64,000 nt of DNA from Naegleria gruberi. Its lineage: Eukaryota. Each line of letters starts with the position of its first letter. The first letter of the stretch is position 1. Position numbers and translations under genes: made by a program. Positions 36,602 to 48,386 of this stretch are shown here, in pieces. The notes under the pieces were generated by a model. The model was not told where the DNA came from. It was given only the letters and a program-made list of their open reading frames with translations, and did no database searches. The stretch lies in assembly GCA_000004985.1 (NCBI GenBank), contig GG738885.1; one strand, written 5' to 3'.

Positions 36602-38566
36602 TTGTTTTAAAAGTTTAAATCTTGATGAGCAAGTAGCTACATTTTCATATCAATAACACAGTAAAGGAAGTGAAGGAAACATGCAATGATCCAAATTGCG
36701 AAATCGTTCAATGACTTCCAAACGAAGAATTATTCAAAAGAAGAAACTTGTCCAATTGACCATGTCCTTGCTGAATTCCCCAGATATCATTAATTCGTAA
36801 AATAGATTCTGACATGATAACGAGTTCGAATAATTGTGGTGCCAATAACCATGTTCATTGCGTTACTATTCCTCAAAAGTAATATTAAACGACCGAACTT
36901 GCCTAAACGAAACCTAAAGAATCCAACCATCTAAAGAACAATCATTACATTTGAACTGACCATCAAATAAAAAGGAATATCACATTATCTAGATAGTGTA
37001 TGCGAATTGTAAGCAAAATCATGTCAGGCGTTGTTATCACCACAATTAAATCCTACATTAAGTGCGAGTATTGTATACAACCAGCATGTTGTTGTTGTTA
37101 TTCATCATCATCGTTAAATATCATTATGTGAGAAATTTCCAAGTTGTTGTACTTGATATTGGCATGTTCATCAGAAGAGATCTTGTTGTTGAAGATTCCA
37201 AATAAAGGGTCTCTATAATGTAATGTCAGAAATTAACCGAAAATAATTTTGTTGTGGGTTAATGATCATGTAATTGCTGATGAAGTTATTGTTGATGAAG
37301 ATGTGCTCCAACACACACAAATTACATATAATCTCACCACATGGACAATCTAAATCAATGAATGTGATTTTAGCTAAAATACCAACACATAAACATGATG
37401 TAATTTCGCAATAATTATCTGACGCCATATGTGAAGGAACATGGGAGGAAACACCAACCACAAACAAATGTTATTTCCACCACAAAACCACATCTATTTC
37501 TCTTCGGAAGCAGGCACATCAAACAATTAAAGGAGTAAATAGTCTAACATCATAATATTATACTGAGTAAACAATTCTTTTCGCAAATGGCAACAAACTT
37601 GTTGGAGATGTATTTTTCTGCTCTCCAACAACAAAGTTAATATAAAGTTGTTTCAACCCAAGCATACAAAATCATACAAATATTACATATAATTTTCATC
37701 GTGCTTATCATCATCAACCATATTATTATTGTATATTATTATTTTTTGTATGTAAACAATAACGAATGATCACATAATACAACCACACATCCATCTACAC
37801 AAAAAAACCACATAGGAATTCATACAACATTGCAAAAACCATTACTTCAAGTATGGTCATATCATCATTATCATCACTGTGGTTAACTCTCTCATGGGTA
37901 TCCACTACTCATCTCTCCAGAAGAACAAAAAAGATAACTTGCTATCATTGATGACGTAATTTTTTGTTATTTACTCAGCAAATTGAATTTCCGTTGCTAG
38001 AGAGATCCTCTTCCTGTGAGAAAACAGTGGTGAAGTTCAAATTTGGGTACGTGACCGGTTTGGGAAATTTTATTAATGTGAGATTTTGAAAGAGGGTTTG
38101 AATTTCCAAGGTATTATTCGTGGTGGGTAAAGTGGAATGTGAACCTGATTTCATCTGTTGATGAACTACAGTTGTTGTAGTTGTGATGTAAATATTGAAA
38201 ATGTCAGTGCTCAAGTTTATTTTACAGAGCTCTTGTCAATGGTTGTAAAGGAATGTCCAAAACTTGAACATCTCCAAATCATAACTTGTGTTTTCATTCC
38301 TCCTAACTGCAGATTTTAATCATAAAAACTCTAATTTTTTAATTAAATGTCTTTTGACAGCATCAACTTAAAAAGGGCAATTAATGTTCCAAATTTGTCT
38401 ATCTTTACAGCTTGTTATTGATTGGGACATATAGAAGTCTGTTTTCGTTATATAACATTTATAGGAGAGATCTCTTGGTATACGAATATTGAATATTCAG
38501 TTTCTCTTTTTCTTGAAGAACTGCTTTCAAAAGAATATTAAGAAGAAAAAAATAGAAAAAAACAAG

Positions 38567-39013
38567 ATGAGCATTCAGTGTAGACTTCAGAAAGGTCAAC
38601 AAGATTCGAATATTATTCAAGATGACACATTAATGCAAATTTTTAACCAAACTAAACATAACAAAAAGAAGATTATCAAACAGAACGAACAACAATTCGT
38701 ATGGAAACGATTCAATACATTATTCATTGATTATTTTCAAGAACCAAAAACAAAACGAAAGACATCTGACATTAGCAAACAAGAAATTTTAAAAGTATTA
38801 CATCTTACTCAAAGACAGGCATGTAAACAACTTGGATGTACATTATCCACAATGAAAAGAAGATTTTACGAATTGAAATCTGATCTTGGTTTGAAATGTT
38901 GGCCACAGAATTATAATGAAATTTGTAACTTGCCAATATTTCCAAAAATTTATCCATTGAGTTTGAGTTTTATCTTGAATGCTTCAAATGACGAAACGAG
39001 TAAATCTGAATGA
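38567..39013 (+). CDS. Minimal RWP-RK domain protein (RKD/MID-like), paralog 1
   Basis: ISKQEILKVLHLTQRQACKQLGCTLSTMKRRFYELKSDLGLKCWPQ matches the RWP-RK consensus (L..yF.....AAK.LGV..T.LKR.CR..GI.RWP.RK), with a divergent K[CS]WPQ core. First ATG at 38567 (track start 38489 is TTG). Confidence 0.6.
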   Translation: MSIQCRLQKGQQDSNIIQDDTLMQIFNQTKHNKKKIIKQNEQQFVWKRFNTLFIDYFQEPKTKRKTSDISKQEILKVLHLTQRQACKQLGCTLSTMKRRFYELKSDLGLKCWPQNYNEICNLPIFPKIYPLSLSFILNASNDETSKSE

Positions 39014-39825
39014 ATGATTCAGGATTATCAACTTGACCAAAAATCAGTCACATGCCAATCCATCAAAAAAAACCAACTTGCTAACAATAATCATCAATAA
39101 AATGTAAATAAACACAATCTTAACTCTTTCCAAAATATAAAAATTTAATTTTTTTCATTAATAAATCCAAAAAACAACAATTAAGCACACAACCAATCTC
39201 ATAGACAAAAATACAGAACTATTTGACTCACTATTTAAAATTGGACATGCAAGTTTGGTTGTTCCACTAAAACTATATAAAATTAAAGAACCTCTTTCTG
39301 ATTCACCAACAAATTTCAAAGTTGGTTTTTCAGGACAGTAAAAGAAGGAGTGTCAACTGTATGTGTATTGATCTTGCTAATAATTCATCCACTAATAATT
39401 GGAAGAATTGGAGAAACTCATACCCTGGACTCTTCATTATTTCCAATAAGAAACTCTTCGAGTATCATCAGACGTAAAATTGACTTGTTTTTTTAGTTTG
39501 AAATCTGTTGATTAAGTGAGCGATATTTGGCCCTAGTTCCAACTTAGTACGAAATCAAATCACTATCATTTCGAATAGGGTAATTTCGAATAACCTATAG
39601 GAAATGTGATTCATTGCATCTATGACTATCATGTAAATCTCTCTATTACTTAAAAATACAACAAAATTAGCATAATAGATTTTGTATTGTGGTTGATGGC
39701 ATTTCAAAGCACATCAGTTTGACATTTGGATGTAATTGTTACCTCTCTGTAGATGTCATTGCACCTAGTTGCAATAACTGTTCTGAATATTCTGAATATT
39801 TTTATGAATAATAAAAACAAACAAA

Positions 39826-40236
39826 ATGAGCTCTGTAAATAATTCCACCATGATTAGAGACACTTTGACAATGCAAATATTTGGCTCAGCAAAATCCACG
39901 AAAAAGGGCAAAATTCAATCAGCTTCTGACTGTCAATTTGTTTGGAAGAGAGTTGACACAAACTTTGGTGTATTTTTCTTGGAGAAAGATCTCGAATTTA
40001 GGTCAAAAAGAAAGACAACTGACATTAGCAAACAAGAGCTCATTAAAGTTTTACATCTTTCTCAAAGACAAGCTGCCAAATCATTGAATTGTACATTATC
40101 AACATTGAAGAGAAGATTTTATAATTTGAAAGAAGAATTTGGAATGTCAACATGGCCAAAGACATTTAAGGAAATAAGTCACCTGCCAATTTATCAGAAA
40201 ATGTATCCAATGTCTTTGAATTTCATCCTCAATTAA
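39826..40236 (+). CDS. Minimal RWP-RK domain protein, paralog 2
   Basis: ISKQELIKVLHLSQRQAAKSLNCTLSTLKRRFYNLKEEFGMSTWPK..HLPIYQKMYPMSLNFILN. Confidence 0.6.
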   Translation: MSSVNNSTMIRDTLTMQIFGSAKSTKKGKIQSASDCQFVWKRVDTNFGVFFLEKDLEFRSKRKTTDISKQELIKVLHLSQRQAAKSLNCTLSTLKRRFYNLKEEFGMSTWPKTFKEISHLPIYQKMYPMSLNFILN

Positions 40237-41069
40237 CTGAAAATATTCCAACATACATGCTTGCAGTAACTTATCATGTGCAAGAGATGAAAATTATCAA
40301 CCTACGTTGACAAGTAGACGAAACTTTATTTGCCAGAAATTGGACAAACTTTAGATTTAAAATTCCATGAAATGTAATTAAATGTAATTAATGAATAAAT
40401 TGTTGGACGAACGAAACAAATGTATTGAACACATGCCCTTGTTAGTTGTTTTCTCACTAACTATTCGAAAAGCGTCAACCAAGATATATTGAGCTCCATA
40501 AATTTCACCTCTTTGATACATCAATACTAATACAGAGATTATATTTACTATTAGTGGATCTATCCTCCTCAATGTCTAGTTCATGTAGTATTGTTGAATA
40601 TTCATTAGCACAGATAGTTGTCCTGTTCTTCACTACTGAGTAGAATGCAAGATTAAAGTGTTTGTACATGTACTAATGGTATTTCGTCTATCGTTATTGG
40701 AAACATGAAGTTTAAACATAAATCATGAAATAGGCAAGAGGAATTACATACCTCCCTTTCCAATCTCCTTTTACATCATGAGAGGCTTTTATAAAAACCT
40801 CCTTTCTAATTCGATTTTGATTCGAACAACTTGTTAGAAACTGATTTGGAGTAAACTTGCAATTTTGTATGAAATTTGGCAAAGGCCGAGGATTGAGCCA
40901 ACAAAGCTACTGGAATATTGTTGTTCCTGCTGTTCTCAAAATGTCAACATCTTTACCTAGTTGACATTTAAGGAAAAACGACAAGAGACATATTTTTAAT
41001 AAGGAAACTATTATGACCAGAAGAAAGAATGGAAAGTTATCATTCTGTTCATTTAACAACCATTAAAAA

Positions 41070-41546
41070 ATGAACAGACAAGCTACCGGCATTACCAAAC
41101 AATCCAAACGAAACAATAGTTCACTTTCGAATAACCGATTCCATACAACGCATGTTTCGTCATCCACTTTTCCCAACACCCAAACAACCTCTCCACTCTC
41201 CAACACCATTTCCTCCTCCCAAATCATCTGGAAACAAGTCAACTCTCCCTCTGGAAAATACTTTAAAGAAAGCGCGCCAAAAGATTACCGAAAGTCCAAA
41301 ACCATTTCACAAGACGAAATGATTCGTGTATTGCATTTATCCCAAATTCACGCCTCAAAAATCCTGAATTGCAGTTTATCGACATTGAAGAGAAGATTCT
41401 ACGAATTGAAAAACAATTTTGGGCTCAAGTCGTGGCCTCAATATTTTAGAGAGGTGAGACATTTGCCGATTTTTAAGCAAATGTATCCGATGAGTTTGAC
41501 ATTTATTTTGAATGTTGATGAGGAAAAGGTGGTGAATGAGGAATAG
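41070..41546 (+). CDS. Minimal RWP-RK domain protein, paralog 3
   Basis: ISQDEMIRVLHLSQIHASKILNCSLSTLKRRFYELKNNFGLKSWPQYFREVRHLPIFKQMYPMSLTFILN. Confidence 0.6.
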   Translation: MNRQATGITKQSKRNNSSLSNNRFHTTHVSSSTFPNTQTTSPLSNTISSSQIIWKQVNSPSGKYFKESAPKDYRKSKTISQDEMIRVLHLSQIHASKILNCSLSTLKRRFYELKNNFGLKSWPQYFREVRHLPIFKQMYPMSLTFILNVDEEKVVNEE

Positions 41547-41972
41547 TTGAGATTAGGTTTAGAATAGAGATAGTTCTGTAATTTTTGAAGAATATGGAAG
41601 ATAGATGAGAGAATATTTGTAAAATAATTTATTAATAAATCAATTGAAAACTGTAGATTTACAATTGTTGTGTTGCCAAATAATTCAAATAAAGCAATGA
41701 AGGTTTCGGAAAGTCAACCGAAACTATGTGAGAAAGTCCATCAATTAAGAAAACTCTTTACAAAACAAATATTGAGATGGAATGCATTCCCTACCCATTC
41801 TGCAAATCAAGGTTACGAAAACACAATATTCTGCAATCAACATCCATTCAAAGATCTGAGAATTTCTTAAAAGGAAAGATTCTCTGATTGACGGCTGCCA
41901 ACAGTCACAGAAATCAATAAAAGCAATTAAATTGGGTCCATCTCTCGCTTTTTAAAATCCAACCATCAGTTT

Positions 41973-43486
41973 TTGATATCTCATTCAATAACATTAAAAA
42001 AAATGGTCAACCATCTCATAATCTTGTCACTTGCCATTCTACTATTCATTTCCTCAATTTCCTGCCACATGGAAATGAAACTTCCCTCCCCACGTAAAAC
42101 ACTTCCAACAGGTGGCACCGATTACGATATGAGTTCTCCCCTAGGAGCTCAGAAACCATTTCCATGTGGTGGCAAAACCTCACTCTCCTCAATTACCACC
42201 TGGAATGCAGGTGAAACTGTTACAATCAATATCGAAGGTGGTGCCCCTCATGGTGGTGGACATTGTCAGTTTGCAATCTCTCCTCGAAGTGATCAGAAGA
42301 GGTGGATTGTTTTGGCTGATAATTTGGGAAGATGTCCATTGGATAAGAATTATTCATTCAAATTGCCAGGTGAGGTTCCAAGTGGAGATTATGTGTTTGC
42401 TTGGACTTGGATTAATGCTGTTGGAAATAGAGAGTAAGTAGTAATGGAATAGTTTGGTTTCTAATATTTTTAAGATATTACATGAATTGTGCTGATGTGA
42501 GAATTAACAATGGAGGAACTAAATTTGAAGGTAAACAACTCCTAGTAGCCAACATTCCAGATCCAAATCTTTCAGGATCATCCGTTTATTTCATTGGAGA
42601 AATTGGTGAATTCCCAAATAATCCAACTTTTGCAACTGACAAATTTCCACAAAGACCTGCTCTGACATTGACAGCAAGTGGAATTCAAGGAGGTGGAGGC
42701 GGAGGAGGCACAAATCCAACCAACCCAACCAATCCTACAAATCCTGGAATGAACAGCACTTGTAATTATTTCCTTGTTTCAGGAGATACCTTAAATGCAA
42801 TTGCTTCCAGATTTGGAACTACCTTATCTGTTATATATTCATTGAATCCAACAATTACTGATCCTACCAAGTTGCAAGTTGGTGATAAAGTTGTGTATCC
42901 ATGTTCTGGTCAATCTAGCGGTGGTTCTGGAAATACAGGTGGTGGCAGTTCAGGAAATGGAAATGGCTCTGGAACTACCAATACTTTTGGCTGTGTCTAC
43001 TCATGGACAATCATCTCAAAATTCAATGATACTAAATTAGGATTCATTGGAAAATTAAATGTCCAAACAAGTCTCGCACAGACAAACTGGAATATTGCAT
43101 GGACATTCCAAAAAGGAGGAATTTCTGCATTCAAATTGAGTAGCCAAACTTTGACATCTTCTGCACTTTCTCAGGTTGCTATTAAGGGAGAAACTCAAAT
43201 TGAAGCAAATAAGGTCATGTCCATTACGGTTTTCGGGGTTGGCGGAGTTTCAGATTCAGAAGCATTGTTTGTGAATAATGAGAGATGTACCAAGTCATCG
43301 AGTGCTGATTTTGAACAAACTAGTAATTCAGCTCCGGTGTTGGATTGCAAGTCAACTCCGACAAATTGTAAAGATTCATGTTTGGAACAGTATAATCAAT
43401 ATTGTGCTAGCTCTGGAATTGTAATTTGGAGGGGAATGAGTGCAATTATGACTGGATTGTTGATGATTTATTTGTTTGTATTGTAA
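41973..43486 (+). CDS. Secreted, probably GPI-anchored AA11-type lytic polysaccharide monooxygenase, followed by a LysM domain and a CBM2-like module
   Basis: Signal peptide ..SSISC, then mature N-terminal His (HMEMKLPSPR). HGGGHCQF and WTWINAVGNRE|YYMNCADV are spliced across a 41-nt GTAAGT..AG intron at 42434-42474, matching the AA11 hallmarks HGGG.CQ and WFNRIGNREMYMNCA. A Gly/TNP linker follows, then a LysM-like segment (CNYFLVSGDTLNAIASRFGTTLSVIYSLNPTI..LQVGDKVVYPC), a G/S linker, a W-rich ~100-aa module, and a hydrophobic C-terminus after ASSG. Confidence 0.7.
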
Positions 43487-43774
43487 ATATAAAGATTCTT
43501 ATTGGAATAGTTTAGAATAGTCATGTTTCTTTTATGAAATGGAGATTTTTAGGTGAAGAGATGGCATGGAAAAGGAAATAGTTGAAATTTAACCAAAGTG
43601 TCATATTAATACTGAAATTGTTTAATTATGAATAATAGTTGACAGATTGACATTTAAGGATGCATCAAGGAATGTCATGAATTTTAAAAAAGGTATTTAA
43701 AATATTATACGAAACCTTACCTCACTTTTTAATGTTAGACAGAACACATTTCAAAGAAACCTAAACGAAAAACA

Positions 43775-44230
43775 ATGAACAGAAACCAAGCCACTTCAAC
43801 ACTTCCAAATACAACTTATCAGAAAGCAGACGAAACTTTAGATTCCCAAGTTATGATGAATGTCTTTAAAAAGAACAATAAACAAAATACACCCACCATG
43901 CAACAATACAACCAAATAATTTGGAAACGAATTGATACTCCAGTTGGTTCCTTTTTCAAAGAAGCTCCACTTTCGAATAGATCCAAACGAAAGACACAAC
44001 AAATCAGCAAAAAAGAAATGCTACAAGTGTTGCATCTTCCTCAAAATCAAGCAAGTAAATTACTCGATTGCAGTTTATCCACATTGAAGAGAAGATTCTA
44101 CGAATTGAAAGACGATTTTGGACTAAAGTCTTGGCCTCAATGTTTTGCAGAAGTGAGGCATTTGCCAATATTTCGTCAAATTTATCCAATGAGTTTAGAT
44201 TTCATATTGAATACCCATGAAAAAATGTAG
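43775..44230 (+). CDS. Minimal RWP-RK domain protein, paralog 4
   Basis: ISKKEMLQVLHLPQNQASKLLDCSLSTLKRRFYELKDDFGLKSWPQCFAEVRHLPIFRQIYPMSLDFILN. Confidence 0.6.
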   Translation: MNRNQATSTLPNTTYQKADETLDSQVMMNVFKKNNKQNTPTMQQYNQIIWKRIDTPVGSFFKEAPLSNRSKRKTQQISKKEMLQVLHLPQNQASKLLDCSLSTLKRRFYELKDDFGLKSWPQCFAEVRHLPIFRQIYPMSLDFILNTHEKM

Positions 44231-44426
44231 AATTATTGTGGAAATTACCAAAATTAAATCTTTCCTTTTCTAGCTTTTAAAGTCATACTATTTGCACCTC
44301 AAAAGTTGGAATGTCTATCAAAATCATAACATTACCTATACCATGTTTGAAGCCAAATACAAACTTTTATTTAACACTTTTGGTTTCAAATGTACATGGA
44401 GTTTGAGCTCAAACTATACGAAATAA

Positions 44427-44763
44427 TTACAAATTATTACGGTGACAATGTTGCAAACATGAAATCTTGTAATCCCCAGTACTTCCAGCACAATACTTTG
44501 AACAATCAGATCCTTGTGAATCACTCAATGAAGAAATCAAATCAAGCAACTTTTTACTTGCCTTCTTCTTCAACTTTCTAATACTTGGGAACAATTTCTT
44601 GACGATTTGACTATCAGAGGAATTAGGATACATTCTACGAATAATATCTCTCAAAAGAGAAACAGAGTTGGATGATTTTTCTTGTTGTTGTTGTTGAGCA
44701 CTAACAGCACAGGCAAGCAAGAAAACCAAAGCAAGGACAATACAGAAAGAAATCTTATTCATA
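44427..44763 (-). CDS. Small secreted protein (~112 aa) with a signal peptide and a C-terminal Cys motif
   Basis: First ATG at 44763 gives MNKISFCIVLALVFLLACAVSAQQQQQ.. (the track start further upstream is a non-ATG codon). C-terminal CSKYCAGSTGDYKISCLQHC. Confidence 0.4.
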
Positions 44764-45108
44764 TTGTTTAATTTTTTCAGAATGTTTAGAATAGAAATGA
44801 AATAGTTGTTGAAATTTAAAGGAAAATCACTATTCAACGTGCAAATTGGAAAAGAAATGTGTGTTTCAAGAGTGTACCGGTATTCTCTCATGTTCTGTTG
44901 TATTCTGGTAATATTGTCTTGATAATTGGTAAGATTACAATCAACATTGTAAATGAGTTTAATTAAACTGGTATGGATCTATCTTGTGTAGACGAAACTT
45001 TCCAATTGAGGGACAATGTTGGACCCAGTAACAGAAAGCTTATCACACAAATTATCACTCTCTAATTATCATGATAATACTTGAGTAAAAATAATTTGAT
45101 TTGAACAT

Positions 45109-46278
45109 TTATTGCTCAAAATCTGTCAGAACCTTAAAGTGAAGTAGGAAACTATCAACCTTTCCCTCCAACTCATCATAATAGTATTGATATGATAGGA
45201 ATGGGCATGGTGAATTCTTTTCACCACTCGAATAAATCTTCTTCAATGTTTTGATAAATAGATCAGATTCATATTTGATGTGTTTTCTGAATTGATTATC
45301 TTCATTAATTAAAGGAGTTTGATGTATTTTGAATTTGAATGCATCTTCATGAATTCTTTCGTCTAATAATTTACAAATACTCGTCAGTAATTTCTCACTA
45401 GTAATAAATCGATGACAATCCACAAAATTAATGGATTTTACATTATATTTCAATAATCCGACACATCTTTCCATCTCCTCTCGATTCAAATTACGTTGTC
45501 CCTCCTTTTTCAATGTAATTTTGTAACATGGAAGTACTAACTTATTTGGCTTTTCATCCCAATGTAAATAATCTTCAGATTCATTTAAATGATTTACATT
45601 CTTTGCCAAGCAATTGGCACAATTTGCAGTTTCACTTAAAATACTATTCAAAGCAACACATCCTTTCGAAAAGGCAACTAAATTCAGTTGAACATGTTGC
45701 TGATTTTCCCCAACATTTCTGCCAAATCCTTCATTCGGAAATAAATTATCCAAAATCTCGAATAGAACAGCATTTGCATTTCCCTTCACATAGAAATTCT
45801 CATATTCATAAATAAAACTCGATAAATCCAAAGTATTTGGTTGAATAATCACTAATCCACTCGTTTCTGGATACTTTCTATACAATATATCTAATACATG
45901 TTCATAATAAACCTCCATCACTCTTCCATTTTCATCATCATCAAAGCTTGACTCGAATGGATAATCCACCTGCAAATATTTCATAAAATCATTCAATCTC
46001 AATTGAATATCCCCAGGAAAAAAGATTGTATACTCCTTCTTTCCATTATTTCCATCATTCTTTTCATGATCAACAACAATATTAGTACTAATATTATTTA
46101 ATATTGAAATTTCTTCTATCCGATCATCACTACTAATCAATTTTAAATTATTGGCGGGAATCCATGAGGGAGAAAAGTAATGAACAATTTGTTGTCGATT
46201 TTCAGAGAGTTTTAATATTTTGGTTCGTATGAAGGAACCTGCTTTGCCAAAGAGAAACGTTGCAGGTGCTTTAGACAT
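45109..46278 (-). CDS. C2orf69/UPF0565-family protein homolog
   Basis: 389-aa intronless ORF with the FFPGDIQ and LVAFSKGCVALNSIL blocks that characterise UPF0565. Confidence 0.55.
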   Translation of the reverse strand: MSKAPATFLFGKAGSFIRTKILKLSENRQQIVHYFSPSWIPANNLKLISSDDRIEEISILNNISTNIVVDHEKNDGNNGKKEYTIFFPGDIQLRLNDFMKYLQVDYPFESSFDDDENGRVMEVYYEHVLDILYRKYPETSGLVIIQPNTLDLSSFIYEYENFYVKGNANAVLFEILDNLFPNEGFGRNVGENQQHVQLNLVAFSKGCVALNSILSETANCANCLAKNVNHLNESEDYLHWDEKPNKLVLPCYKITLKKEGQRNLNREEMERCVGLLKYNVKSINFVDCHRFITSEKLLTSICKLLDERIHEDAFKFKIHQTPLINEDNQFRKHIKYESDLFIKTLKKIYSSGEKNSPCPFLSYQYYYDELEGKVDSFLLHFKVLTDFEQ

Positions 46279-46446
46279 TTTTTTATATTAATATTTAAAT
46301 TCAATATTTAAATTCAATATTATTAATATTCCCGAACAAGAGAAATTAATAGAAAATATTCATGGAGTCCAACTCCCAGACAAAACTCCTTCAAAATTCT
46401 TGTTCCGAATATTTAATATATTTAAAATATTATTAAAAAAATTACA

Positions 46447-48159
46447 ATGAGCAAACGAGATTTAAAACCATTATCAAAATCATTGTTTAGTTTTCTTAAG
46501 AATCAAGATAGTGATGAGGAAGAAACGGATACTTTTTCTAGAATACAACCCTATGTAAATAATCATCAATATGAAACTGTTGATTTTACGGATAGGAGGA
46601 ATGAATTCTATAGATTGATGAGGAAGGGAATTATTGCTAGAATGGAGGAAAATTATGTTGAAGCTTGTAAATATTTAGATTTGGCTTTGGAGTTGGAACC
46701 CGATAATTATGAAGTTTATTTGGAGAAGAGTATTTGCCTGAGTTTATTTCATAGGTTTGTTATTTGTTTTACTCCAACAATTCTCATGTACATTATTGTT
46801 GAATTATTCAATAATATTACATCATCAAATTTATTATCATAATGATCGGAACATTTGCTTTTTGAACATCAAACAAATAATAATATTATTATAAATATAT
46901 TCAATGATTGATTCCATCATGCACATATTAAACTCATCATCATTTTCTAATTGTCTAATAATAATAATAACATTATTAGAACACTTTCATCAATAAGAGT
47001 ATTAGTACATGGTCTCAATCACTCAAAAAGAAGTTATTGGTTCAATGACAATGAAAGGGAATTGGAACGTGAATATTTCGGATGTCTTTTCAGAGGATTA
47101 ATAGAGGAAGTGAATGATCAACAGGAGGCTAGCTTGAAACTCTACGATCAAGCTTGCAAGCTTTATCCGACTGGATTTTATGCCTTGTTTTCATATGCTT
47201 ATGCTCTGGGTTCTATCTCTCTCAATCCGAGCACAACATTGGCACCAAATGTCAGAGAAAATTACATGAATCAAGCTTGTGAATATTTCAAAAAGGCTCT
47301 CACCTCTATTAGAAATTCTCCACTCCACTCTAAATTTCATACCTATTATATATGCATTCTGTATACAAATATTGCTTGGGTCATTAGAGAGAATAATCAA
47401 ATTGATGATGAGGCACTTGATTACTATTCTGAGGCCATTAAATTGAATGGCAAACATTTGAGATCCTATCTCTCTAGAGCCAGTTTATACTCTAAAAAGA
47501 GAGAAAATGGAAAATCTATTTCTGATTTTACAGCATGTATTGAAATTAAGGAAAAACAAACACCAAGATGGATTGGAATTGTGGACAAGATGAAAGTCTT
47601 CTTCAAAGATATGGAACAAGATTCACATATTATTTTCACAACCATCTATTTGTTCATGTCTAGACACTTGGTTGAGATTTTCACCATGAAATATATTGAT
47701 AATTTTCAAGTTGACACTCCAGAAACTACCATTACAACAAGTGGCACGTTGCTAAATAAGCAACAAACAAAGGATTATGAGAAGAGGTTGAGTGATCTCT
47801 ATGAAGAACGAGGAATTCAATTTTTAGATGATAACAAGATTGAGGAAGCACTACTTGATTTCACTGCAGCCAAAATCATTTGTCCATTCAGAGCTCACCC
47901 GTACATTTTCACGTACTTTATTGGAATTAATGTTATTGACAGATCAAAATGCTTTTCAATTTTGGAGAATTATTTGGAATTCATGGAATGTGAATCAAAT
48001 ATAAGAGGAGTGATTAGTGAAGAATCATTAAGCCAATTCGACATGTCTACTCTATACAAACACATTTCTCAACTCTACGAAGAACAAAACCAATCAAAAC
48101 AAGCCAAATCATCTCGCCTCAAGGAAAAACAATTACTTAATTATTCTAGAATTTGCTAA
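46447..48159 (+). CDS. TPR-like repeat protein (two exons: 46447..46754 and 46980..48159)
   Basis: Exon 1 ends ..SLFH-AG|GTTTGT. A 225-nt AT-rich intron ends ..cattattag. The junction AG+A restores the frame into ORF 46951..48159 (RTLSSIRVLVHG..). TPR-like helical repeats run throughout. Confidence 0.5.
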
Positions 48160-48386
48160 CAATCCTAATGGATCCATAATGATATAATAGATAGCAGTAG
48201 TGTGAAATATTGGTATTAGATTGAAACGAGTTAAAATCTCTTCCAAAAACAATAATGGTATATGCAGAAGAACCTCACCAAGAACTCAACAGTCTAAATA
48301 AGGCAAATAGACATGATCTCTGTAATGTATGAAAAGGCACCATTATACACAACAAACTCGCACAAGAACATAAAAAAATAGCCACA

